Both the position numbers and the translations under genes were made by a program. A stretch of 63,364 nucleotides of DNA, the filler included, from Olpidium bornovanus S191 (Eukaryota; Fungi; Olpidiomycota), in the NCBI GenBank assembly GCA_017911155.1. It is 32 parts of 32 records of this genome, joined end to end, with 100 filler letters (N's around TTAATTAATTAA, not from the genome) between each part and the next. Parts side by side here need not be neighbours in the genome. Positions count along the whole stretch, not along the records: positions 1 to 1,410 come from JAEFCI010011552.1; positions 1,511 to 2,767 come from JAEFCI010008377.1; positions 2,868 to 5,362 come from JAEFCI010009126.1; positions 5,463 to 7,018 come from JAEFCI010006403.1; positions 7,119 to 8,446 come from JAEFCI010010764.1; positions 8,547 to 10,389 come from JAEFCI010004079.1; positions 10,490 to 11,840 come from JAEFCI010010086.1; 25 more parts are not named here. One strand, given 5' to 3'. Shown piece by piece: positions 1 to 11,807 of the stretch (positions are counted from its first letter, which is position 1; each line of letters opens with the position of its first letter). Under the pieces are notes generated by a model. The model saw nothing but the letters and a program-made list of their open reading frames with translations. It had not been told where the DNA came from and did not search any database.

Positions 1-366
1 CCTTTCCTTTGCCAAAGGCTTGAGGAGATTGGAATCGTCAACTTGCTGCATTGTTTAAAAGTAATGCAACTTTCAGACGACCTGGTGCGACTTGTTCTTT
101 TTGCCTGTAAGCCGGTACATGCTGTTTTCTTTCGCGAATACAAGCAGCTGTAAACTCATTTCTTGGAGTGAATCTCCAATTCTCGTGCCGTCAGTCCAAT
201 ATTGGCCGGATTGCTCAAGCAACCGTTAAATGCAATGCCGGCATGACGTTGGCGAGGTTCTACTGCGGCGTCATTTTGTGCGATGCCCCGACAATTAGAA
301 ACGGCACCTGTAGAGCGACGTCATTCGCGTGATTTTAAAAACATGGAAAAAAAGTACTGCTATTTT

Positions 367-1288
367 CTACGTCTCCTCGATCATCCAACGGCCGTTGACC
401 CTCCTCTGCACCGCCTTTTGCGACGGAAGCGGCCAGCTCTTCGGGCCTAATAGCGGAACGACTACCGTGGGCGCCCGTTCGTCCGCGACTCCGCCGCCGG
501 CGGCGGTCCTTTTGGCGGCGAGGATCGCCTGCATGCGCGATCCGGACGAGCTGTGGGCCGGCCGGGACAGCACGCACAGCGGGCCGCCCAGCTTACTCAT
601 CCACTTGGGGTGAATGGATGTGACGCCCTTGAGCCACACTCGCTCCGACGCCGCGGAGCGAACCAGCTCCTGGTAGGCTACCATGGGCGGCGCGGCGGCG
701 GCCTTGCCGGTCCGCGTCGCGTCGTAGAGAGCCGACGTCGGATGGATGTACGCCGGATCGTCCGACCACATCGTTTCGTAAGGAATCCCCTTTGCCGTCT
801 CCCACGATGGGAGCGGCGTCGGGGGGTTCGTCGACAGGTCCCGCCGAATCGCGATCTGGTCAATGTAGCCGGCAGCAATGATCTGGCGAATCACCTTGGT
901 CTACCAAACAGGCCCCGCGCGTGCCTTCAGCGTCTTGGACATCGTGTGCGTCTGTTGAAATGCTAATAATCGCTTACCTGCAGGTCGGAAGGCGGTTTCA
1001 TGTTCGCATCCATCGCATCATCGACGCCAGGGCACAGCGTCCGCACTAAGCTCTTGAGTTGCTCGCGCAACTTATTGATTTCTAGCATTGCCTGTCGAAT
1101 GACAGTGAGTGTCAGCATGATAAAAAACGAGCGGCTTCCTACCGACAGCGAACCTGTGGAAAACCGGAAGCGAACCTTAGGCCGCAAAAAATTTTCTTCG
1201 CAGAAAGCATCACGCTTGTGCTCAGGTGTAAACTCGTATGCACCGACCACGTTGAGTAGCCGGAGAAGGTCGCTTGTCGGATTTTGGC
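367..1288 (-). CDS. DHR1: DEAH-box RNA helicase Dhr1/DHX37, C-terminal exons (HA2/OB-fold), partial
   Basis: Exons about 1288-1176, 1091-978, 900-367 with GT-AG introns 1175-1092 and 977-901. Peptides SDLLRLLNVVGAYEF..FCEENFLRPKAMLEINKLREQL, MKPPSDLQ, QIIAAGYIDQIA, YIHPTSAL, LGPKSWPLP. Confidence 0.85.
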
Positions 1289-2867
1289 CTGCATGAAAAA
1301 TAAGTCCGGCCTGCCGTTGGTTCCCTTCCCCCTGCCCCCGCCCTCCTCCTCCCTGGTTACGGTTGAGAGGGGCCGGGCCCACATTGCACAACCGCCCCCG
1401 CTGAGGGCCANNNNNNNNNNNNNNNNNNNNNNNNNNNNNNNNNNNNNNNNNNNNTTAATTAATTAANNNNNNNNNNNNNNNNNNNNNNNNNNNNNNNNNN
1501 NNNNNNNNNNGGCTATTTTGGTTATCCAGTGACGTTCCGGGTTCTCGTTTTTTTTTTTTTTTTTTTTCTTTTTTTTTCCGTTTTTCTTTTTCTTTTTTTC
1601 TTTTTTTCTCAATCTTGCAGTCGCTTTCATGCGGCTCTGAAGAGAAGGAATTCTCCGCTCGTGAGCCGTTCCCTCCTCTCCTCCCCGCCCCGCTGGGTGC
1701 TTTTAACCTTGTGATGTCCAAAAAAGATCCAGGCGCGGCTGCAGCAGCAGCAGCTGACCCCAGCACGCTTTTTGGTACGGGAGGTTGGAGGGGCCGGGCG
1801 GGTTGGGAAAGGTCCAGAGCCTGTGGAGGGCATGCACACCCCGGGGCGGGACAGAAGAGGCATTCAAACAGAAGGACGGTAAAGACTCAGCCTAGAGATC
1901 CAAAGCTGTCAACCCCATGATAATAAGGATGGCGATCAAAAAGGGAAGGGCAGGGATGATGGATTGCCTTGCACAATTCGGCCACATCGTGGTTATGGGG
2001 GATGAACGGGGCCTCTACTTCGCGCATTTTGCACATTTGTGGTTCTGGAAGAATAAGGTTGCCTTTTGGAAGTTGGTGATAACCGGAAGGCAAGCGTGAG
2101 AATCCGCGGATCAGCAATAACGAGAGAGATAGAACTAGGCATGGATGGATAACGCCGGATATAAAACAGGATTGCAGAGAACCCGCATAAAGTGAATAAA
2201 ATAAGGCATTAGCAGATGTAACGTATGCACTGCGGATAGCAGGCAGGCGTAGCATTTGACGCGTGAAGGAGGGACATGTTTTAAAAAAAGAGGTCGTGTA
2301 AGAAAAGAAGATGCACAAAGGTTGAGGCAGATGCTGGGTACATCAAAGAATATAAGCAGGTGTAGCTAGTGCACAAAACGCGTGTCTGCCAAGGGAACGC
2401 GCAAAGGCGGATGAGCAAACGACGCCCCGAAGTGGCTCCTGCGTCACGCAGGTTACCAGCATCATCGCAACGTACCTGCAGAGCTGTGTCTGAAAAACGT
2501 GCCAGAATGTCCAGCCTTAGCCGGTTCTTCAGCGCCTTTCTTCAGCGCCTTTCCCCTGGTTTTTTGCATCGAAACCGAAAGCCGTCCAAAGTGGACGCCG
2601 TGCGTTTGGGTTTGCCGGGAAGAGGGGGGTTGGGTGATTGGAGTCTCATGTAGCTGCGAAGGACAAAAGTTTTCCTCGCGGACATTTTTGCGAAGAAAAC
2701 TCTGGCAGTTTTTTTCTTGAAAAAATAAAACGGGCTGGGGAGCCAGAGGATCCTTAAATTAGAAAAANNNNNNNNNNNNNNNNNNNNNNNNNNNNNNNNN
2801 NNNNNNNNNNNTTAATTAATTAANNNNNNNNNNNNNNNNNNNNNNNNNNNNNNNNNNNNNNNNNNNN

Positions 2868-3530
2868 CATGATATCGCTTTACGTCGACGACATCACGAT
2901 GACCGGCTCCGATTCGGCGATTATGTGCCAGAAGCGGGACGCCCTTGTCGCCGAGCTCGGCTGCAAATCGAGTCCTGCAACATTTTTTCCCCGGAATCGA
3001 ATTCTCCGACACGACAATGGTAACTTTTCCATCGATAAACAGCACCATATACAGCACGCGCTGCGACGGTTTGGTCTCGAGATGTCAAACCCTGTTAGGA
3101 CACCTACTGCACCGGCGAATGCCTGAGGAAGGCGCGGGCAACCAGCAGGGTTTCCAGGAACTAGTCGGTAGGCTCATGCACATCGGGGGTTGTACCCGGC
3201 CTGACATAACATCCGCTGTCCACCGCCTCGCACAATACAGCGCAAACTACCGGTTGAGCACGTCACGCATGCCGAGCGCATTCTGCGATCCCTGAAGAGA
3301 ACAATGCATTACGGCCTCCTCTACCGCCACCGCATTGATGCAAATCACGTCGACAAGGCAGATACGACCTATTCTGGCGTCGGCCCGCTCGACCTTCAGG
3401 GGTTTGTTGACACCGATTGGGCGGGAGATGTTGACGAGCGGAAGTCCCAAACTGGTTACACGTACCTACTGGCCGGCACTTCCATTCTCTGGCGCAGCAT
3501 CAGGCAGCGATGTGTCTCCTTGTCATCCAG
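2868..3530 (+). mobile_element. Ty1/copia pol RT-RNase H, frameshifted relic
   Basis: LYVDDITMTG (RT catalytic YVDD), TRPDITSAVHRLAQY, GFVDTDWAGDVDERKSQTGYTY..WRSIRQRCVSLSS (RNase H), spread over three frames. Confidence 0.92.
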
Positions 3531-3545
3531 CATTAATTTTTTTCC

Positions 3546-3696
3546 GATGCGCATCTTTTTTTTTCTTGCGACGGGCACATCTCTTCTTTTTTTGCGACGG
3601 CGCATCTTCTTTTTTTTTGCAATGTGCGCCCACGCAGAAATTATTTTTTTTGCTCAACTTCTTTTTATTTTGCGACGGCGCATCATCTTTTTTTGT
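3546..3696. repeat. Short dispersed motif (T)n-GCGACGG(C)GCATC, 3 copies plus a partial
   Basis: Copies at about 3568, 3594 and 3672 (partial at 3549), separated by T-runs. Confidence 0.7.
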
Positions 3697-3699
3697 CTT

Positions 3700-3975
3700 T
3701 TATTTTTATTCCAATATTAGTATAATATATATGCATATATATATATATATTATATGTATAATATAATATATATACCTATTGGACAGGTGCTTTCTTAATT
3801 AAAATATACTTTATATATATATAGTAATTTGTAGTATATATATTAATTATATTTATATATTATATTATTACTTATTAAAAAGGATTATCAACATTCTAAC
3901 CATTTTATATGAATGATCTAAAAGGGAATCAAGGTTTGAACAATACAAATCAGATTTAAACTGATGTATAGCATA
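3700..3975. other. Extremely AT-rich, (TA)n-rich island
   Basis: Almost no G/C in an otherwise GC-rich window. Confidence 0.85.
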
Positions 3976-4029
3976 TAACATTAAGCGTTAGCAATGACGA
4001 AGGTGTTGCCGGAAGGAGGACTTTATGAA

Positions 4030-4650
4030 ACCGCGTCAAAGGAGGGGTTGAGTAAAGCGCGTCAACGGAAGTGTTGCGTCGAAGGAAGCGTCGACGGGGC
4101 CGCTTCGAAGGAGGCCGCGTCAAAGAAGGCGTCGACAATCGCAATTAGGAGCAGAAGAGGACGACGGGGCTCCGTCGAAGGAAAGGTCGATGAAACCGCG
4201 TCAAAAGAGCAATTGACGAACCCGTGTCCAAAAAGGTGCTAAGGCGTCGACGGGGTCGCTTCGAATAAGGCCGCATCGACAATGGCAATTAGGAGCAGGA
4301 GAGGACGACGGGGCTGCGCCGAAAGAAGGGTCGATGGAACCGCGTAAAAAAGCGGTCGATGAACCGGTGTCCAAGAAGGTGCCGCGTCGAAAAGGCGTCG
4401 ACGTGGTTGCTTCGGAGGAGGCCGCGTCGAAGAAGGCGTCAACATTGGGAGCAGGAGAGGATGACGGGGCTGCGTCAAAGAAAAGGTCGATGAAACCGCG
4501 TCAAAGGAGCGGTCGACGAACTTGTGTTTAAGAAGGTGCCGCGTCAAAGGAATTGTTGACGTGGTCGCTTCGAAGGAGTCCGCGTTGAAGAAGGCGTCGA
4601 CAATACCGCGGCAATGAAAGCGTCGCCGGGCTGCGTCGAAAGAGGAGTGC
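4030..4650. repeat. Degenerate tandem array A, about 144-156-bp units built from GCGTCGAAG-type subrepeats
   Basis: Unit anchors AGGAGCAG(A/G)AGAGGACGACGGGGCT at 4147, 4291 and 4447. Confidence 0.85.
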
Positions 4651-4700
4651 ATCAAAAACGCATCATGGGGTCGCGTCAGAGGAGGGGACTATGTAGGCTC

Positions 4701-5322
4701 GTCGAAGAAGGGCTTGGCAAACCAGCATCGAAGGAAGCATCGACAGAGCCGAAAACGGCCTTGAAGAGACCGCGGTCATAAGAGCAAAGAAGCGGCACGC
4801 TGTCGCCAATGATTGTCGTTCCCATCATGGCTGGCATACATGTATACTCCCGCGGGGTTTCAACAAATTAAGCGTTGCGTTCCTTTTCATCGATGGTCCA
4901 TCAGCCCGTTGAAGAAGGGCTCAACAAACCAGCATCGACGGAAGCATCGACGGAGCCAATAAAAGACTTTGAGAAGACCGCAGTCAAAAGAACAAAAAAA
5001 GCAGCACGCGGTCGCCAAAGATTGTCGTTCCCATAATGGCTGGCGTGCATGTTTACTCCTGCGGGGTTTCAGCAAATCAAGCGTTACGTTTCTTTTCATC
5101 GATGGTTCATTAGCCCGTCGAAGAAGGGCTCAACAAACCAGCATCGAACGAAGCATCGGCGGAGCCAAAAAGGCTTTGAAGATACCACGGTCAAAAGAGC
5201 AAAAGAGGCAACACGCGGTCACCAATGATTGCCGTTCTAATCATGGCTGGCGTACATATCTATTCCCGCGAGCTTTCAGCAAATTAGGCGCTATGTTCCT
5301 TTTCATCGATGGTTCATCAACT
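4701..5322. repeat. Degenerate tandem array B, 3 x about 208 bp
   Basis: GT(C/T)GAAGAAGGGCT starts at 4701, 4908 and 5117; each unit ends with TTTTCATCGATGGT. Confidence 0.92.
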
Positions 5323-6919
5323 CCTTTTTGATTGGTGGCGTATCACCTTAAGGCTTTATTAGNNNNNNNNNNNNNNNNNNNNNNNNNNNNNNNNNNNNNN
5401 NNNNNNTTAATTAATTAANNNNNNNNNNNNNNNNNNNNNNNNNNNNNNNNNNNNNNNNNNNNCATGTCAAAGTTGAAGTTGATGCTGAACTCACGGCGAA
5501 TCCAATGTAAGTCTTAAGATGCGGCGCATTCCCACTGCCAAGCTTATCGGACTTAGCCATCTAATTATCAGCTGCTTCTTCATTAAATAACTTACCTCTT
5601 TTGTCCTCTGCATCTACGCTTGGAACCTTTTGATCAGGTTCCCGTCTGCCTCGTTTGGCCTACCACCGTGCGTTCTGTGCTTCATCGCTCTTTCAAACTT
5701 GTTCACGCCACTTGGCCCGCCTCCTGCACACGCGGTGCATACTGATGGGCGGACCTGCTTCGGTTCGGGCAAGGGCGAACGTCGATTCGCCCCGGTAGCC
5801 GTCGATTCGCCACATCCCTCCAGCTTCATAGCAAACATCTGGTTAGGAAAATATGCGATACCCTGGTGACGTAATCTACACTGTAGATACAAAGGATTAT
5901 TCAAAGGTGGAAAAATTACGCACAAATCGCATTAGATCCATTACAAAACCTTCTCCATTTGATAGCATCTATAACCTAGTTTCGCTGGGCCGCATCAATC
6001 GTGCGGGGGAGGGGGTGAGCGTGGGATGGCCCTAGCGTTCCTAGGGTTTCTGGCTCCTTGAGGGCGGTATCGCCGCGAACAGCTCCCGCTTCCGCTGCAT
6101 GCGGGCTTGGCGCGTCTCCGAACCTTGCTGGATGGCGGGGTCAAACTTAGCCGGTTCTGCAGGCTACCACAGAGACCGTTGCCCAGAATGCACCGCGTGG
6201 AGGTGTTTGACAAGCTTCCCTTTTATTCTCCTGGGAAAGAAACCCCTCGACGGGTAAAAAAACCAGTTCCTGGTAAAGAACTCATTGGGAAGTTAGCCTG
6301 GTGGCAGTCCGGTTTCGGTGGTTTCGGTGTGGACCCTTCCCGGGAAACTCGGATGCCACGTGGCGTCCATTGGACGCCTTGTGTCTTCAAAACACAGCAC
6401 CGAGAGGAACCGCTGGGAAGGGCTGACCGGCTGGGATCGATGTGCAAAGTCGCCGGCCGACCACGCGACGACGACCCCACAGTACAATAAGCGACAAGCT
6501 TTGTCGTTCCCGAGAACCGCGGGATTCACCCTCGGGGCTCAGGTATACATGCTACCCGAGCTCCCCTAGAAGTTTCTCCCTTGGAGTTCAGGTAGACCGG
6601 ACGCCAAGCAGCGAGGAAGTGCGCACACCGGACGCGCCATCTACGCCACCGAACCGAACCGCCACCACAAGCAAAAGGGCAAATTGACTTACCTTGCACC
6701 AAACGCGCGTTCAAAGGCGAGCGAGTTCCCCGGGACTCGCATCCAACTCAAATAGGCTTTTCTTGACCCCGCGGCTTATCTTGGCGCGCGTCGCCGGCTG
6801 GGGAGAGCGCCCTTTCGGGCCGGGCGCGGCGGGGGCGGGGCGGGGGGGAAGCCGAGGAGGGGGCCCGGCTTTTACACCCTCGCGGGCCCCCGTTGCCCCC
6901 ACCCCCGTTGCCCCCGAAC

Positions 6920-6958
<39 letters not shown>

Positions 6959-6982
6959 AGAAACCCCCCTCTGCCCCCCCCT

Positions 6983-7013
<31 letters not shown>

Positions 7014-8329
7014 GGGGGNNNNNNNNNNNNNNNNNNNNNNNNNNNNNNNNNNNNNNNNNNNNTTAATTAATTAANNNNNNNNNNNNNNNNNNNNNNNNNN
7101 NNNNNNNNNNNNNNNNNNCATGACAGAGCACCAGGCTTAGCCCAAATTCTTTTTGCCTCGCTGCAGTTTGAGATGGGAGCGGGCCTGCCGGGCTTTACGA
7201 AAGGCATCGTGTGTTCTTTTGGTCGTGGAAGAGAAAGCCGCAAGACGTTCATTTACCGTGTTCTTTTCGCCCTCAAAAACCATGGAGGATGCCACTTCTG
7301 CGCCGCGGGGAAGCCGACTCACCGCGGTACCACTCGACGAGTCGGACTGTGGGTGTTGCGGAAAGCTAACATGTCCGGTGCGGCTGTAACCAAGTGAAAT
7401 ACGGCGTAATCTGCGGCGCAGCGCGATCTGGAGATATCTGTAACCACAAGTCTGGCTCTGGCGCCGGATCTGGGGTCTGGATCTGGGGGGATCTGGGAAA
7501 TCTATGGAGAGTCTACGGTAGGCGCCGCCCGGACGCGCGCCTTTTATGCGCGGGGGGGCGCAAACGCGCAAAGACGGGCGCGCGCAGCGGGTAGTCAGTG
7601 GGCGCCCGGGCGCGCGGCATGGCGTGGCACGCTGCGGGCGTGCGCGGGGTGCGGCAAGGTGTGGTCTCTAGGTGGCGGGCCTTGCGTGATACGGGAGCGT
7701 GTTGGCCGCGTCAGAGCGTTTAGGGCCTGGCAACTGGCCGTCGGCTCAGAGAAATATTCCAAGGGGGAAATTCTCCGTTGGCCGGCGCCACCCACCTTAT
7801 GGCGCTCTAGGGAACCCACGGTAGGCGGGGTTTTTTCACTACGCCACACACAAAGCCTCGGTCTGGGTCTGGGGACGGCCCACGTGACGGGCGACCAGAC
7901 AAAACAGGCGGTGTGTCTGGTTGATCAAGGCTTGGGAACGTCACGTAACCGGCGCTGTAGTGCTGGCGAAGCTTGAGCGCGCATCATGGGCAGCGTGGCA
8001 GCCAACGGCTGCATATCTTGACGTAGCGCAGCAGCCAACGGCTGCTTTTTTGTTGGCGAGAGATGATGTCACGTGATTCTTGATGGCAGGGAGGAGTTTT
8101 GACGGCGCAGCCGCGACATGGACGCTCCCACCTTTAACAAGGGACAACCATCGCAGATCGAACACTACCCGAACCCGTGAAACACAAAACTTAAAACTTG
8201 CAGGGGAAAAGGGGCCTCGGCCGTGCTCTCCGTTTTGCCGTACGCCAAATTTACCAGTATCATTGGCAAAGGCACCTTATCTCCAGAAAGACGAAGGCAA
8301 GAGGAAAAGCATTTCGAGAGCGAGGCATG

Positions 8330-8446
8330 CGACAGATCACTTGCTCACTGACTTGCGACGCTGAGTTAACTCCGGGTCCGGCTGCGCAAAGGGAAGTCAG
8401 TCAAGAGCAGACCTGGCGTGACGCCATACAAGCAGAGCTAGACGCA
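8330..8446 (+). mobile_element. Probable Ty1/copia fragment at the start of the RT domain
   Basis: QEQTWRDAIQAELDA matches the copia W..A(M/I)..E...L motif; truncated by the gap. Confidence 0.45.
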
Positions 8447-8574
8447 NNNNNNNNNNNNNNNNNNNNNNNNNNNNNNNNNNNNNNNNNNNNTTAATTAATT
8501 AANNNNNNNNNNNNNNNNNNNNNNNNNNNNNNNNNNNNNNNNNNNNCATGCTCCTGACCAGATCCACAGCTTAC

Positions 8575-10350
8575 CTCGTGATCCGCTACCGACGTCCAGC
8601 ACACCCCGAGAAGGTCAAACCGTTTAACCAGTAGGGCCCCGAATTCCGCTTTGAGCGCCTCGTCGCCCGTCCGCGTAAGCATACTTTCTACAACGTCCCG
8701 ACTCAGTCCGACCGCAGCAGCCGCATCCTGGTATCTTCGGCTGTTGTACAGCTGCACTGCGACGTTGTACGATTCCGCAGCGACCAGCCTTGCGAGCTCG
8801 GCGGGAGCGTGCGAGAGCTTCGAGAGGCGCAAAGTCTCCTGAAAGTACGACAAGAACGCAGCTGAGGAGGAATTCCCGGCAGCCGACATCTCTTCGAGCT
8901 CCTTGGTCGCCGATTGTAGCTCTGAGCTCGACAGCTGATGGATGCACTCGACAGCAACAAATCCGGCTCTTTCGGCCAGGCGTGGGGCACTGCCTGGAGA
9001 TGCGGCACTCTGAGAAATGCTCTTTAGCCGTGCGCCAATGATGAACCGCGAGTCAACCAGCAAAGCTGAGACCCTACCTCAAACAATTTCGAGCACATGT
9101 CAGCCATCACTGCCAGAGCCTCGTTGGATTCAAGAAATGAGAATTCATTCGCGCGTGTCTGCACAGTTGTCATCTGAGTTTGAAAATTTTTCACATTTGC
9201 TAGAAATTTTCTTCCCCGCCCACCGGCTGTCGCAATCCCCGCGGGCGGACGACGTTCGGCATTCATTGTGCCTTGTCCTTCAGCAGCGCCTGCGTGTCCG
9301 CGCGTCAAGGAATTCGAGGACTGTGGGGAATTATCCGATGCAATCCGCGTCTTGCTGCCACTACCAACCGTCCCGTCTGACGCACGTTTCAGGGCAAGCT
9401 TCCGGCGGGCAGTTAAGACGCGGCGGAGCTCACCGCACGCCTTAACCAGTCGAAGAAAAGTAAGAGCCGCCTCTTCTGGCATGGCGTCCAATGTAACCCG
9501 CAAATCTGCCGGGCCAAAATTCTGCAGAGCGTAGATAAGCCCTCGCATTTGGCGGATTGCATGGGGCAGATCTTTCTCGCTTCCCGAACGCCGCTCATGC
9601 GACCCGAGAGGGTTTTCAGAGTCGTGCTCGTTTGGCGTCAATGCCAGGATGGCAACGTTTACGGCCGCGCAAACGGAGATCCCCGCGCTGTAAAGGCTTT
9701 CCTCCTTTTTCAACGACATGTCTTCGTCTCCGGGAGTTATGCCGCAGACTCCTTCCGCATGCAAGTCGCCTAGTTCCTCGGCACAATCGCAGCCTGCGCC
9801 AGAAGTGTCGTCGCTCCATTTCTCGGACAGAATTCGGTACGGCTCCATCGCCGCAGCATTGTCACCTGCCTTTCGGGCAGATTCGGCGAGCGTAAAACAG
9901 TTGACCTTTCCCTGAAAACTGAAAAAAGCAGGAACGATAATCTCACCTTCCGTGCCAACGTGGCCCAGACGTCGCAAAATTTAACGAACATGGAGTCTTT
10001 CTTGGCCACGTCCTGCCAAACAACTGCTCCTTTAACATCGCCAGGATCGCGCGATAGATGGTGTCGCCGGACGATTTTCAGCACTCGACGGCAGTAAGCT
10101 TGAGCCAGGGAAAAGGACGCCCTGGAGTCACCTACGATAGCAAATGTCTTTGAAAAAGGGACTAATCTTCCAATTGTAGAAAGGGTAACCATGGATAACT
10201 TTCCCTACCTTCGCCGTCGGCCGCCAGGTGGAACGCCAGGAGAAACTTTCTCGCGTAATCGCAGAGTTTCGTGGCGCAGGTGGAACGTATTTGGGACAAG
10301 AACTCCAAGCTGCAGGCTCGAACTTTAATGGCGACGCGGGCTGCAAGCAG
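8575..10350 (-). CDS. Multi-exon alpha-helical protein, probable separase N-terminal/middle region, partial
   Basis: Consecutive long minus-strand ORFs with GT-AG boundaries. ESYNVAVQLYNSRRYQDAA and KRFDLLGVCW resemble the fungal separase (FH/YN.A..LY..GRY / RRWELLGVCY) segment as recalled. Catalytic domain not in the contig. Confidence 0.5.
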
Positions 10351-10489
10351 GCCACGCAACAGGATAAGCGGAACGTATCGGGGCCGCGGNNNNNNNNNNN
10401 NNNNNNNNNNNNNNNNNNNNNNNNNNNNNNNNNTTAATTAATTAANNNNNNNNNNNNNNNNNNNNNNNNNNNNNNNNNNNNNNNNNNNN

Positions 10490-10608
10490 AATACCTGACG
10501 ACAAAGTTGACCTTCCGGAGATCTACCGAAGATGGAGGATTGTACACCCGTACCAACGCAGAGGGAGTCGAAATTATTCTCGTATACGTTGATGACCTGA
10601 TAGTCATG
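10490..10608 (+). mobile_element. Ty1/copia RT fragment
   Basis: LTFRRSTEDGGLYTRTNAEGVEIILVYVDDLIVM; ends at CATG 10605-10608. Confidence 0.85.
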
Positions 10609-11807
10609 GCGTTATCCTCGACGAGCAGCACGCGAACCGGCCTCCCGACCGGCTTGGCTGCCGATCCCGGCGAAAAGTGCGCGGGCGGCGATTCCGGGGG
10701 CCGCCGGGCGGCGCGTGGGGAGGGAGAACCCGCCGGAGAACGCCCGGGTGGGCTCATCGACGGAACGCAGGCCTGACCGGTCGTTAACGGGGCGCTCTGG
10801 TCAAACGGCAATTCCGGCGCCGCCGGAACCTGGGACGCCGGGAAAGGCGCCACTGGCGCCGGCACGTCTCCCGCTTCCGGGGCGACATGGTCGAGCAGGC
10901 TGGGCGAGCTGGGCGCCGGGGAAACATTTTGGCCGTCCGTGCTGGCGTGCGAAGCTTCGCCGATCGATTCCTCCGGAACAACCGTTATCGGCGGCAGGCC
11001 CGGGAGAATGTCTCTGGCGACCTTGGCGTGGGACAAGCAGTTGGCGCGGTCCTCAACTATCTCCAGGTGAAGGTCGAACCACGCTTTGAACCCCTGGTAA
11101 GACGCAGTGCGAACGGACGGTAAGAAAGCGGTCAGGAAGCATGTACGACGGGACTTTCTGCCTAGGGCGATTGTCAATCATACCTTGCCCAAATCGGACT
11201 CGATCTGCAACCCGTTCGATCCCATGGACTGGAGAAGGTTGTTCGTGATGGAAAGGCCGAGCCCGGATCCTCCGAAATTTCGGCCTGTTTTTTTTTTTAA
11301 AAAAAAAAAAATTGTAAGCACCCCAGCCTGCGAAAAGAGGGGCTCACGTCTTTTATCCATGCCCACCCACCGATGGAAACGTTTGCCTGAGAATACGGCT
11401 ATTCACGAATTTGAGAGACGAGCAAAGCATAGCCCAATAAACGTCCGGGCACCAAAAAGGCTCTGGGCTTGTCTCGAAGAGGGACCCGAACAAAAAAAAA
11501 ACCCCCCCGCGACCCCCGGTTGTGAATCGGCAAACCTTGAGAAGATTGGGAACCTCATCAGGCGTGATGCCTGTGTTTACCGGCACGCGAAACGAGAAAC
11601 TAAGGACCCTGACGAAATCACTTTTGCCCCCCGTTTTCCCCACGATTCGGGCTTGAAAGAAAAGGCGGCCCTACCTATTCCGGTGTCTTGCACGGTGAAC
11701 CGGATGTTGACGAAACCAACACGGGGAGTGCGCATCGCGTCCACGGTACACCTTATGTAGCCCGAATTCGTGAATTTGATGCTGTTGCATATAAGGTTGG
11801 AGAAGCA
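10605..11807 (-). CDS. Hybrid sensor histidine kinase: HATPase_c, linker and start of the receiver domain, partial
   Basis: N box CFSNLICNSIKFT, G1 box VQDTGIG, G2 box RNFGGSGLGLSITNNLLQSMG, GFKAWFDL, then receiver start VRVLLVEDNAM. Confidence 0.88.

Noticed and set aside
1455-1466. Regularly recurring TTAATTAATTAA palindrome as a biological repeat or CRISPR-like element
   Set aside because: Always centred in 88 Ns; it is an assembly linker.
1511-2767. ORFs in contig 2 (and in contigs 5463-7018, 16671-17996, 39740-40400, 58019-59700)
   Set aside because: No recognisable motifs or consistent exon chain; short ORFs are expected in GC-rich DNA.
10605-10608. CATG junctions as 2-LTR circle (..CA|TG..) junctions
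   Set aside because: The junctions fall inside pol coding sequence (RT and integrase), not at LTR ends.
10434-11177. 247-aa ORF as a novel kinase-linker/RT fusion protein
   Set aside because: It runs across the CATG junction into the antisense of copia RT and into the N gap; probably chimeric.
11287-11312. T12-A12 self-complementary tract in an HK intron as a terminator or hairpin
   Set aside because: Adjacent homopolymers in an intron are common here, and their lengths are unreliable.
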